From Phallusia mammillata (taxonomy: Eukaryota): a stretch of DNA of 64,000 nt. Every line of letters begins with the position of its first letter. Position 1 is the stretch's first letter. The notes under the pieces were generated by a model. That model did not search any database. It had not been told where the DNA came from and saw nothing but the letters and a program-made list of their open reading frames with translations. The position numbers and the translations under genes were made by a program. Positions 24,253-42,500 of the stretch are shown one piece after another. The stretch covers positions 26,970,001-27,034,000 of the forward strand of contig OZ281496.1 in NCBI GenBank assembly GCA_965637545.1, given 5' to 3'.

Positions 24253-26183
24253 GATATCTTCTGGGCAATACAAAACAAATAACACATTCAATTCATTTAT
24301 TAGTACACTGAAAGAAAGAACACTCAAGCATGAAGCGTACATTGAACATAATTATTTTCTATATCATACCATACTAAATCAAAACCTTCAAACTAGCTAA
24401 AATGCGATTTGCTTTGTCTTGCCAAACGTTACGAGTTTTACAGACAATTTTCGAAAAACATAACTGATTAACGCACAGTAATAGAACTATATAGCTATGA
24501 GAATATCATGTAACAAACGACCCTAACTAAATCTATAAAGCTATCTCATAATAACAAGGACACAATGCGTACTTATTTCTGACACTTTTTACGTTTGCTT
24601 GCTGTCAATCATAATTCGTCACGCTGCTTTCATCAGCTGCTGATCACTGATGCGTGTCTGACAAAAACAACCACATGACGTAATATCACCCAGGCGATTT
24701 TTTCTGTTTTGATTTTTAACAAACGTAATGAATAATGTAAAATAAAATACGATATGTCATTGAAGCGAAATAAATTTGTAATCTGGTTGAGTAATATATC
24801 TCTGCTAACTGATAAATATTTTTATGATGGACGAAAACAGCCCTTTCCTTCACAAATAGACCTTGTTAGCGCAAACGAGTTATTTGGTTTTATTATCCGA
24901 TGCAACGCACTGGTGAGTCAAGTCTTTACACAATTACAGTGCTTTTCGAAGGATGTTGATAAAACCAACATTGAAGGAAAACCGTGTACAAAAAATATAG
25001 GCACTGTGGGTAAAAATGACTTTAATTCAGAAAGCAGTCAAAAGAAACACCGCAAAAACGCTTGAGACGGCATTTTATTAATAATGTGCAAACACTACAT
25101 GTCAATTGTATTTTAAATAGATTAGATTTGTAAAACTAATGGGGCTAAAATAAAACGTATGTCATTGTTTGCGTTTTAAATGGCTGCAGCTTCTTACACA
25201 ATCAAGCACTTTAATCATAGGTCCCATTCACGGATCAAAGCCAATGAAAAGTGGGCGGCTGAATTATTACACATCCACGCTATAGTAGTATTGTCTTTCT
25301 TGGTGGTGTACGACCTCTGTTTCTTTAAAAAACGACCAGCTCCTTCATATCAGGTGTCCATACATAAGTCGGCTCGGTTGCCAAGCTATGCGCCGTAGAA
25401 TGAATGTCGCCCACACTGTTGTGTCAACAGATTTTGGGCAGTTTCGAAAACATAGGAATCCGTGTTTATGAGTTGTATACAGCGCTAGTATCATCACGGC
25501 GTGCCAAACAGTGGAATTGTAGTACTTACAATACATAGGTATAGAAGTAGCTCTTTTGAGGATTAACGTAATTGGATAATGTAATTTCTCAGTAAAAATG
25601 AATTCAAATCCATGCAGAAAGTTTAATTTATGAACCAAAAATCGCTTATAAATAAACGAGGCTTTCATCAAAGAGTAGAGGCTGAGAGATACGGCCTAAA
25701 AATTTAACGTTTTACAGCATGTATATATTTGCTTGTAACTGTATTGCTTTATTACTTGCGCAACGCGTTTGAAGGGACGAGAAAACTATAAAACAAAATA
25801 CCCTCTGTTTGAGCCAGATATCTTAATGTAGACCAACTTCTGATTCGGCATGTTCTGAGTGTGGCACTGTTGGTTCTTGAATAAGTTGAAAGTTTAAACG
25901 CACTTAGGTAAGCGTCAAGTGCATAAGGTCATGCCTTTCTTCTTCAGGATTCCGGTTCTATTGTCCGAACCTCTTCAACGCGGCGTCACGTGTAGTGCAG
26001 TTTAAACAAAACCTGTAGTGCCAGAGCAGAGCCAAACAAAACCTTTCAAACATACACTGATGTACATAACTATGTCAACAGTTGTTATAAGCGCATATAC
26101 CACTGTAAATCTGATACAGCAAAGCATTGTGTTGTGGTACCTTGAGTTTGAAGAGTCTTACAAAGCTGCAAGTGCTGTTAACC

Positions 26184-29100
26184 ATGTCTAAGCTTAAGAA
26201 AGAAGCAGTGGGCCAGTACAACTACCTTGCAGCAACGCCAGCGGTGGAACAAAATGGCAGGTAAGTGTTATAATGGGCTTATATGATACGGACTTATTGA
26301 CGTGTTAACTAATCGGCTTATATGATACTTACGGTTTTGACGTGTGGTGTTCTTGCAGGAAAAAGCCCAAGCATAGTTACCCGGATTTTTATCCGCATAC
26401 CGATGTTACAGTGGAGATTGTGGACCCCAAAACCTTCAAGCTCTTCAAGGTAAGTACTTGCATATACTTAACTTCAAACCTTAAGCAAAGGTCACTGGGA
26501 TTTGAACCTTAACCCTATGAACCAATTTACCCAAGCTGTGTGTTTTACTATACTAAATGTTTGGCAACGTGTCCTTAAACATAAATAATGTGTTTCAATG
26601 AATTTTGATCGTCGATTTGCTTACGTTCAAGAACTTACATATTTAAGTCACAGTAAGCTACGCCCATTGAAGGCGTCATGCCGAATTTATACATATGCCG
26701 TGATCGCTGGTCTGTAATGACGCTTTAGGGCTTATCTCAGTTTAAAAAAATTCATTATAACTCTATATTTAAAATTTACTCTTGCAAATAAGTTACTGCT
26801 GTAAAACACAAGGTCATTTTTAGATGAAACCACCCACTATGTTCGAGTCAAGTTACCATCAAGACTATAGACATCCACCAGCCGAAAATTTTGTGGGGCA
26901 GCGGCCACATTCGAGAGAAAAGTATACAGCTTATGTGCAAACTTCACCAGCTAAGTTACCTGCAGGTTAATATGGATATCCCTTCGCAGAAGCTTTGTAT
27001 AGCAAAATCCGATATTAGACTGTTAATTAACATAAGTATATGTTGTGATAAAAACAGTGTTTCAGTATATGCTGCAATATATGAAAAAAACGGTGCTGTA
27101 CTTAAAACGCACTTATTCCATTTAGCTAAGACGAAATTTAATCATTTGTTGTCTTTTCATGCAATAAGTATAAAAAACTACCCTATCGGCGAATAAAAAT
27201 ATGACTACAGGTTGCAAAAAAGCAAAACGAAATTGCTGTAATCGTACTTACAGAAGAGAAGCCCAACATTAAACCACCAGTTGTCCCAAAAGCTACGGAG
27301 GAGCAGCATGATGCAGTAAAACGAAACAACGTGAAAAGCGCGAGTGCCGCTGAACGACCAAAAGATCAGTCCGCAAGACCACCGATAGCAGTCGCCAGAG
27401 CGCAATCAGCTGAACCAAAGAAACGATCTGAAAAAGAAAGCAAAGTTAACACAGAGGTACACACTGCATGTTAACTGCTTTACTTTCAGTTCCGATAGTT
27501 GGAATTTCTGTTTGGGGTTTTAGTTTTATAGGGCGGTATTGAAGGCTCGAAAGGGGACTGAATGGAATAGGCCGCCTGACGTCAGTTATGACGTGTTAAA
27601 CCCGGAGAAACCGAACCCGGAACGTGCGACGAAGCCGTACGGAGCAAACATGGAAAATGTTCAAGTAGGTTTAAACACCTTTGATTCATATACTGACCGA
27701 AATATAAATTGTCCGTAGTATATACTACATAACATATGTTATACAATCACGAGTCATATATGAGGGATGGACACTACAGTCGCGTATTCAGACAGAGTGA
27801 AAACTTTGATAAGTCAGAAGTAATCCAATGTTCCACTGTAAGTAAGTAATGGACATCTTTAGTATTTTATACAACGATGGACGACTTCAGACTTACCAAA
27901 CTGACTAAAAATAGAATTATTGTGGATAAGATTAAGACACTATGAGCACAAATTAAATCTGACAAAGCGTAATAAAACCCATTACAAACGATTAATTCAG
28001 GAACAAATAGCAACTGGTGCAAAAAAATCTAAAGGAACGCGTCCATCGACAGTCGGGAGCAGTAGAGCTCCATCCCAAGCAAAAAGAAGATCATCAGCTG
28101 CAAGCATTGAAATAGAACCGGTCATCAAACTGGACATCAAATCACATACACCACAAGGTATAACTAACTTGTAGAAAATTACCGTTTGTATACAAATATC
28201 ACATATATGTGGGAATTAAAGTAGCGTGAACAAATGCATTTATATTGACTAAACCCGTTTTAAACTTGCCAAAGTGTAATGATACTTACGAGAATTGACG
28301 GTTGACGGTATGTCTGCAACGTGGAAGAGAGGCGTAACAACAGTTAGTGCAGGCTTTATGTTGTCTGCAGTCATGTCATAGCCTTAAGTGCCAAACGTTG
28401 CTACCTCTTCCACAATAAAACGAGAAACCTTTAACAGATGTACTGATATGTTCTCTTTTAGTCAGCAGAGCATCAACTGCTAGTGGTCGTAGCAGCGGTG
28501 CAGATTCACGTTACATAGTTACCCGAGTGAAGCAAAAGAGACCCACCACTTCGGATAGCAGCTTGTCCTCGATTGGGGACGATTACTTCTTGGAGACTGG
28601 ACGGCACTTGAACGAAACACTGGAAACCATACAAGAGGAAGAGTAAGTACAAGTCTACTGTAAAGATATATACCAAGCTCGTAATAAACATTGTATAATT
28701 TAAAACTCCTGATAGTGTATAGTTGTAGCTTGTGACAGACTGGAATACGTATGTTTATATAGAATCTTGGAGCAGCTTGAATCCAAAAGTCCACAGCCAG
28801 AAAAACGTTTGGAAATTCCAAAGGCTGTAAGAGGTCGCAAATCCAGACTAAAAAAGGTAGTGTTTTGAGTTGATATTAGTATGGTGTCGTATTTGGTGGC
28901 CAAATTTGTTATTTTTTGTAAAATCAAACAAGATTAAAGGATGAATTAGGCCATTTTTTACTAACCATTGAATAAAGTTAAATAAATCACCCCCACAAGC
29001 CGGGCTGGGCTTTTGAATTTCAATAAAATGACCTTGATGCGGTCCTGATTTGCCGCTCGGCATCCTTTTTGCTACGATATCATCACCTTTCAGGTCTGCA

Positions 29101-30459
29101 TTGGGCCATTTTTAAATCGAGTTTCGGGCTTGTACTTTCGGGTTTGGTTCCCTTTTCGCTTCCGGTTACAATTATGATCCCCCAGTTTTGTGGTGTTTAT
29201 TACAATTTTACGACTTTCCACAGCCTATTCCGCCTGTAGACTTATTCAAACGAAAAGGTCCCGATCCCAGGTTTTACGCGTCCAAGAAAAATCTTCGCAC
29301 TCCAAACGAGATGGAGAGGTTTAAAAAAGCCCGAAATCGTACTTACATGAGGAACGTAGAACAGGCGGTGCCCGAGCTTGACTTTAAAGACCATGAAGTA
29401 AAATACCAACCAGAACGACAACTCTTTCAGGTAAAGCTGCATGGTTTCGATAAAAGCCATCCAGCATCCGTTCCGTAATCCAGTTGCAAAAGAGGACAGG
29501 ATTATCATAAAATCTACAGTAATTGATGAAATAAACACAGTCTTTCATTTAAAAACCAATAAACCAGTAATCTTCAGAGGCCTAAACGTATCAGGAGAAA
29601 TTTCTTTTACTCAAAATCGGATGTAAACTCTCAGTTAGTTGGGCATCTCTTACAAAGCACCCTAAAAAAATTGCTAATCTTTGGTGCCAACTGGAAATTT
29701 AGGTAGTCATCATGTACTCGATATGTTTTCATGTGCGAATTAAGGGCATTTAACGTTGCAGGACGCCCGATGGAGAATTCGTCAAGACGTAAAAGACGTG
29801 CGCAACAAAAACACACACAGTCTTGTAGATCGTTTTGGAAAACGCCAAGAGGTTATCAAGGAAGAACAACGGACTAGGCTGGGAGACCCGACATACATAG
29901 GTACACAAAGTCTATGACTACATATCGTTTAAAACAGGGATACTCAAACTTTCTTGCTCTGCGACACCATTTTAAAACAGAAATTTCTATGCGACCCCAT
30001 GATGGGCAAAGCACAGGGGTGCACAACCTTTTCGCCATGCCGGTCGCATCACAGATCTTTATTTCACCAGCAGCCGCTTATTGCCTGCTTGCTTGTGTTT
30101 TAAAATTTGCCCTAATTGGGGTCGCGACCCACAGTTTGAGAAGCCCTGGTTTAAAAGACACATTTATTGAGTTATGTTCTAAATAACTGAGCTGTGTTTT
30201 GTTAGGTCGTGACCCAGTAAGTGTGTACAAGCTTCAGGATGCAGGCAAAGGACCTGAACAGCAACCTAAACTTGGTTTTCAAGTGACCTACCCATTACAC
30301 AACAGACGACGAATAACTCCGTCAATGGGCTCCGTACAGCGGGCACGAAACTTGGGATCACATGCTCAGATTTTCAACCAACCGTGCGCTCCTCCGCACT
30401 GGGGCCCACAAAAAGTCGACCATTCTCTGTTTCTGCCGCCAATGGCGCAAAAAATATAG
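26184..30459 (+). CDS. Uncharacterised basic, low-complexity multi-exon protein (about 10-11 exons)
   Basis: A chain of GT-AG-bounded open exons: MSKLKKEAVGQYNY..., RKKPKHSYPDFYP..., MKPPTMFESSYHQDYRHPP..., VAKKQNE..., FYRAVLKARK..., EQIATG..., VSRAST..., ILEQLE..., PIPPVDLFKRK..., DARWRIRQD..., GRDPVSVY...AQKI*. One junction near 26960-27210 does not resolve in phase. Confidence 0.7.
29935..30148. mobile_element. hAT (Charlie/Buster-type) MITE, family F (214 bp)
   Basis: TIR CAGGGATACTCAAACT/AGTTTGAGAAGCCCTG. Perfect TSD GTTTAAAA at 29927-29934 and 30149-30156. Confidence 0.9.
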
Positions 30460-31770
30460 CTGACAACATTTTTTTTCTTAATTGTCACTGTGTTTAACGA
30501 AAAGTTTACCTGTATTTTGTGATTCTTTTGTTGTATAACCAGTTGCTGTTTCATCGAAATTGATACGCGAGTACTTCTTGAACCTTATGTCAAGCCTAAA
30601 ACGTTGGCAAATTAGAATAATTCGCTATGTCTGGTAAAATGTGCAACTTACCATTGACTTTTCTGTTTTCGTTTTGTTTCAATAAAGTTGTTTCATGTTT
30701 TGGCACATAATTCACAACTTCTGCCTTTAGGTAGAGTTATGATGACTGACTATCGTCAAAGGAAATAATTTAAGTATTCATCTTGCAAGGTGCAGTTATT
30801 TCTGTCCCAGGAAAGACCGAACTGCAAATTTTGAAAACATAGTTTTACGTAGACCGCAGAGCCCGCAGTTTTTTTACATTCGTTTTTAAATTCTATTTTA
30901 TTTCAAGAAAAAGAACCGCAGGGTATTTTTTGCAATATTGAGGTGTTTCGAAATGTTTTTCGGGGACGTATTGAAATAGGTCAAAATGACAGCAGACAAA
31001 TTTTTAGAGAAAATTGTAAAATGATTATGCCAGTCGGTATACGTAAAAGTACAATTTTCTAAGTTAGGAAATGATAAAAACGGAAAAGCAGAATAGCAAA
31101 AACACCCTAACCGGCTTTTCTCGGCTAAATTGATATTTATTATTTACCTAATATTGCGATATGTTTGAAGCAAATAGCCTATCTAATATTATTTTGAATA
31201 CACATCTCAATAGTTAGACAGTTCTGTCTTCAATGTGTGCGGCTTGTTGTTCACAATCACATTCTTATAACTAAGCAATTGTTTCAATTAGTGTTTTTCA
31301 GAAAGTGAAATTTACGATGACACTGTAAGTTCCTGTAAGCATTTAACATTTTCAGTTACCAAATTTAATCAACTGAAACATTTCCTGAAAGCGGCAAAAA
31401 CATCAGGTAACATATTTTTTTAAATTGTATACAAAAGCTTTCAGGAACAGGCACTAAAAGTAAAGTCTCCCTACCATATTTATTGTTGATTATGGAGGTA
31501 CGTTTTAATTCATGATACATTTGCTTCAGTGAAAATTCAGCAGTGCACATGAGTTGCTTTACTAACTGCATGAACAACTCACAATCATCTAATACCAGTG
31601 TGAAAGTAAATAAACAACACGGTTCCATCTAAAACTACAGGTTGACTCAGAAACAGGTTAACGAAATAGGAACGGCTAGAAGGATTTATTGTGGTCCAAG
31701 GTTTTTGGAAAGTCTGTGTGGTGTTTCTGAGTGGGCCTTTAGTTTTAGACGGCACCTATAACAAGCAAAA

Positions 31771-36478
<4,708 letters not shown>

Positions 36479-38399
36479 CAAAAAAACATTTTTCCCACTA
36501 AAGTGAGTGTAATCTTGCTGAAAAACGGCAAACTGGTATTATAAACCCCTCAAAATGGAATATGCTGGGCATTTCTCTCTCTGGCTGACTTGTGTAATTG
36601 TTTTGATAAACAAGCACTAAATGTTAGCAAACTGAAGTATTTGTGCCTAGGGTTTCTTCTACCCCTTGTCAACATATTAGAAACCTTTCAGGCAGTTGTA
36701 CCAGTTGACCTGTAGTTTAAACAAAGTGATTACTGTATATTTAGATGTTAAACGAGCCTTTTTCAAGGTGTAACATAGAGTTATTGTTGAACAATGCTTT
36801 ACATAATAGTAAAATAACTGGAGCACAATATTTGCATAGTTAGGGTAATAGTACTTCTTCCACACAAAGAGTAAACCACCTATATCCAATAGGCCACTAT
36901 CACCAGCCAGTAATAAATATTGTTTTGTTGGATTTTCTTGAATTTTTTAACAGCTGGGCTGTTGTGCACAATCAATCTATAGTTCCTTGTGTTGTTTTAC
37001 AAATTGGCCTTATATCATGTCAGACCTAACCGTTATACATGTGTTCTTCTCTCATCATTGTGGTCCAGTATGTTCGTTTGTTTTTTTGTATCTTACTATT
37101 GATTACATATTAAAACTTAATATCGGGGTATTAATGTAAGATAATGTTATTAACATTGGCAAAATGCAAATTTAAAATTCTTTCTAATTTAAAATATAAT
37201 ATATAGTGTATTTTTAGGGTCCCAAGCAAATAGTTCATGCGTAACTTTCAAAATAGTTTTACTATTTCAAAATGATATTATCCAAGATTTTTTTAGGTTC
37301 TGGCCAATCTTGTAATAAAGTTTGGCAAGTAATTTCCTGATAGGGAATGTTAATGAAAATCCTCTGATTGTGGTGTTACATTGTAATGCGACATTTTTTC
37401 ATCACCATTGTTCCCAGCAATAAACTATGTATGTGTATAGGTCAAATTATATAACCCTCTTGTGCATCTCTGTCCTGTTTTTCATGTCATTTTGTTATTG
37501 TATGTAATACAAAGATACTAATGAAATGCATCACTTATAATACTAAGCAGACAATTTTTGAGATCACCTACCCCAAATGAATGCGCCTTTTAATTTCTTG
37601 GGAATATAAAATACTAAAACTAAGGCCTTTCTACTTTAAGACATTTAATACTTTATGGTCCCTTTTGCGTCCAATGTTACTTTGGCTTACAATGGTTGAA
37701 ACACTTATTATGTGTGGCACGTTGCAATGTTCGTAACAGTCTGGGGCATCTTTTCTTTACTGCATGCACTTTGTAGGACAAACATTGAGGTTTAAAATGC
37801 CTGCATAGGGATTTGGTGAATATTAAAGTATTTGCCATAATAACTGCATGAAAATGGGACTTACCTGTTGTATTATCAATAAAATAGTTTTGACCCCAAT
37901 TTTCCAAGTTAAAAAATGCTTTACTGACATACCACCATGTGATGTTACCTGGTATCAATTTACGAAACCTAGTACAATAACTTTACTTATATGTTGGTCA
38001 CTGGTCATTGCAACTTTGCACAATGGTTGAAATTGTGAGACTTGCACAAACCGTTTCGTCCCTAGTCCATGTATCCTCTTTGTTTAATTAGCCCAAATAT
38101 GTTTGCCAATAATTTACACATGCATGCAATCAGCAGCCCTATAACCCCCCAAACAAATTTTTTGTGGTTTGTAACAATGCAGTATCTACTGTAGCTTTGC
38201 CGTGTGGCATATAACTAACCAAGAGCTATTTGTTATCACCCATGTACAACCATTGCATCGTAGTATTCCCTATTAATTCCCAACCTGTTTGCATTTTTCC
38301 GATGCTTTTTCTTTCAATAATCAAATAAATTGCCGTCTATGGCAGGGTGTTGTTACTTCAGTTAGACATATAGATTTGTAGTAGTAGGAGTACATCCAA

Positions 38400-38476
38400 G
38401 TAGCATAGGAAAGATTATAACCTCATGACAGGAGCCTTTTCGGCAACTTACGCTTTACCAACTAAGCTACAAAGGC
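38400..38476 (-). pseudogene. tRNA-like relic (tRNA pseudogene or SINE head)
   Basis: On the minus strand there is an A-box/D-arm TAGCTTAGTTGGTAAAGCG and, about 47 nt later, a degenerate B-box GGTTATAATC. The anticodon and acceptor stems do not close. Confidence 0.35.
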
Positions 38477-39553
38477 TCGATTATGAGCCTGCCAAAGTCA
38501 CAAGCACCATTGCCTGTCTCGTATGCTGCACATTTAAACTTCATAGTAGTGGATTACCTGTTAGACACATACATACGTAACTAGGACAACAGTTGTAAAT
38601 GTATGTTCATTCAAGTAGATATGAGCAGATCTGCAATCGAAAAGATAGATTTTAGTCGAATTACTAACTTTGAAGCGTATTGCACTACATAGTGACACAT
38701 TACAATATTACAGGTGTATTTCTGAGTACAAATATGTACAGCGAAGTATTGCAACACTGAATCAATTCAAAACAACAGAAACTATAAAAAATCTCTTTAA
38801 CAATGCAGAAAATATACATATTGCACATTTCAGGAACCATTTGAACAGTACCGAACTATTTTAAGCAGCACAGTACCACATTGAAGGCAAACAGCAAAAA
38901 TAGCACTAAATTTCTATTGCAACTTCAAAAAAGGAGGCATAGAAGTTTCTTAAAAACACCTCTACCACTACACACAGTTCTAAGGTTACGTATTGCACAA
39001 TCAAGTCAAAATGCATAAAACCACTGACAATAGGACATCGTATTACGGGGTTAGACTATATACAAAAAGTGTGCAATACAAAAGGGTCTTTATCTGGGTG
39101 GAAAACAACAGAATAAGGCAAGAATATGCAACCTGATAAAAACAAAATGTGTAATATGCAAAGGTAATGACAACATCTTTTTAAATTGTGTAAACATTAT
39201 TCACATGCATATGTGCAATATTCAATACAACCAGAAAGGCTTAAACAAACATTTAGCTTCTTTTTATTATTCAGAACAAGCATCTTAGAATATGTGATGC
39301 ACATAGTGGGTTTATGGTACATTATGTGTCTTAAGATATGGTTGCTTAGTGACTTCTTGAAAATGAGCAGATATAAATATTTTTTGTTGAAAGTAGAATC
39401 CAATGACTTTCAGTTTATGAAGAACATTAGCCTGTAGGATTTTAAATAAATAAATATTACTTGTAAAGGTTGTATAAAACTCTTGCAAAATGCATTTAAA
39501 AAGCAGAGTAATTCATGCAGGAGGCTTAAGGAGAAAAAACAATATTTTCTCGA

Positions 39554-42500
39554 TTACAAGGCATAGATGTTGTCACTGGTGGTAACGTCAACAACAAGTG
39601 TTCCATTCATTCTCTTGTCCGACAGCTTGCCACGCCCAAACAGTGGCACCTCCATTGACTTGCCAGAGGCATCTATGGTACCTGACATGGTGCCTTGACC
39701 CATGAAACTGTCACATAACATTCCATCAGAGTAGACCTAAAGCATTAAATGCTGTTGGAGTTATCAAAGTACAGCAAAGTCATGTAGATAAACTGGGGTT
39801 GGTTATTGTTAAAAATTGGTCACAGAAGTATTTCAGGACAAAATTTACAAATTTTGGGACAGTTAAATATGTGGAAAAATAAGCTTAAAAAAAAACTTAA
39901 AATTTGTTTAAAGACATCACAGTTTTCAGAAAATGCACACCTACCTCACAATCATCTATCATTTTTGTTACCATTTACATCTAAAGCATACATACACCTT
40001 GTTTCGGAACCTTAATTGCATCTCATTTTAACAATAACAAATGTTCTCAAATTTTAAAAAAAGTTAGGAGAATATGAATGAAGGAATCAAGTTGGGGGGT
40101 ATATGAGGTTAAGAGTGTTCACAGGTGCTAAGAAGCACTGTGATTGAACACCACATATCTTACAGAATACATGATAACTGAGTTTGGTTTCTTCCTGTAA
40201 AACAATGCAGAACAGTTGAATTTGGGATCAGCATCCTTCTTGAAAGTCTTGGACTTCACAAACTCCCCTTCACAGCCGATCAGCACATAAATATCAGCCA
40301 CTGTATCACAAGATACAAAATTATATTGTTTTTGAATTACAAGACTGGATTTGGTTAATCTGAATCTTTGCTCAAATCGGACTAAACTTGAGGTACAAAT
40401 GATTTGTAAAGTGGTTTAACTAATCGACATCGGATAAAACAGATCATCACCTAACCAGGAGTTTTATTTAGTCCAAACTGGTCCGAATTAACCAAGGTTT
40501 ACTGTATATCCCAAGTGGTTTGTCTTGTTCATGACTTGATAGCAATGTAAAGTCATTTTCTACAAGACCAAAGTCTGTGTACAGCATACTGCACTCTAGA
40601 TGTTGTGCGTTATATTTAACTTAAGATATCATAAAGCTTTAATATTTTTAAGCTTTAAAGAAAGCTGATAATAATGCATTGTTTTTAGGGTGCAGTTAAC
40701 ACAGGTAGCAAGTATCAAGAGACTGTGATATCCTATCATATTTTTCATGTGGTTGCATTACTATATAGACCATGATAAGCAGCATTAGATATGTATGCTC
40801 AGTATAAACACGATATTATGTGAAGCAGGTATGGTAACAATGTGCAAGCAGCCCACAAGCAAGTTAAAATCGATAATCACATATTTACATTTTCTTATAA
40901 TTTGTTTGAGAAAAAAAGATAATGAGAGGAAAACTGAAAACTTCTAGACTTTAATTTCACACTGGTTGGATAACAGACTTACCGCTACCATCTGGTTTGC
41001 TGCAGTTTCTTCCCAAGACCACTTTGGTTGATGTGACCATTGTTGGGTAACCAGTGCAGAATGCAAAGCAGCCCTTGTCGGGGTATTTCGGCAAAAGAGC
41101 ACTACGTAAAGATATAAATGACAAACTGAAGTATCATGCCAAAAATATCCATACACATATCAATATTGGGTAATAAGTGCTCATGTATATTGCTTATTTA
41201 GGTAGAAAAAGAGGAACATACAGTCAAGTGTATATTAAATATTGCAAACCTGTTTGACATTGGTTGCAAAAGACCAATACAACTTGACACTAATTTAAGG
41301 TTTAATAGGGTAAATGGGGTTCCTCTGTTATGTCTCTGCAAATCTATAACCCTTAATGGATTTAATTGATTCTTAAGTGCTACCGGTGATTTTATTTACA
41401 TTTAATTATTACACAGTTGCCATTTTTAGTATTTTAGTGATTTGTACTGCATCATGAACCCATTTAACTGAGCAAATCTGAAGCACAAATAGGTCTTACC
41501 TTGCATTAAGCGATGTTTTGCAATAAAGTCGCAGAAGGAACTGGCCATCTACACCAGCTTCCTGAGTGGTGGGAATTACCACATATCTGCCCTGATAAAA
41601 TAAAATCGGAAAAACTTGTGAAAACTTACTTTGTCTAAAAATGCAGATTATAAATCTTATAAAGGTTCAGAATTTTTGTGACACCATACATTTTCACCTT
41701 TTTATGGCCTAAAGTAACCTAAGAATACTTTATGTCTAAATCATACACTTTAATTAAACAAATTCATATATTTTTTACACTTTACACTTCTGCATTGACC
41801 TTTTAACCTATGGTAACCTTGGAAGACCTCTTATCTAAATTGCACCAATCAAATTGTTGTTTAAACTGTTGTGTTAAGTTTTTGGGACATAGAATACAAA
41901 TGTACTTACAATGACATACAAAAGTCAGCTATACATTTAGCAGCGTCACAATCAACACATCAAAAAGTAAAATCAAAATACATAACACAAGGGTGTTATT
42001 ATCTGTAACACCATTAAGTATTGCACAACATTTACTACAGACCTTTTGTAGTTCAAGTTTTCCAAAGGTGCATCGCTGTTGCAGATAAGGATAATCTTTG
42101 CCCTTCTCTAAAAGTTTGTTGACCCTGTATATCCGATTCTCTTCGATCTAAACAAAGACAGATCCCTGCTTTGGCAACTCGACAGGTGGATTAATGACCA
42201 CACAAAAATTAAACAGGAAGTCTAATACATTTTTCATGTTTTTCGATAGGTGGGGTGTGGTGTGTTTTCCTGTGCTAATCGTGAAGCTGTGCTGAAGTGT
42301 ATATAACTTATACTTGGCAGTGAAAACAAAGCACGAAATGTCAACAGCATGTTTTGGTAATGCAGCAAATACAAAACTAGCGCAGTGTCAAAATCCAAAG
42401 AATGGGGCTACCTTAAGATTGGCTGCAGGTTTTTAATCGTTGATAATACAACTAAACAAATCAATTATAACATTAATAAAAAGACAACACAAAAGACTGG

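Noticed and set aside
26497-26508. Pol III B-box GGTTCAAATCCC on the minus strand (and GGTTCGATC at 59772-59780)
   Set aside because: There is no properly spaced A-box or cloverleaf at either site.
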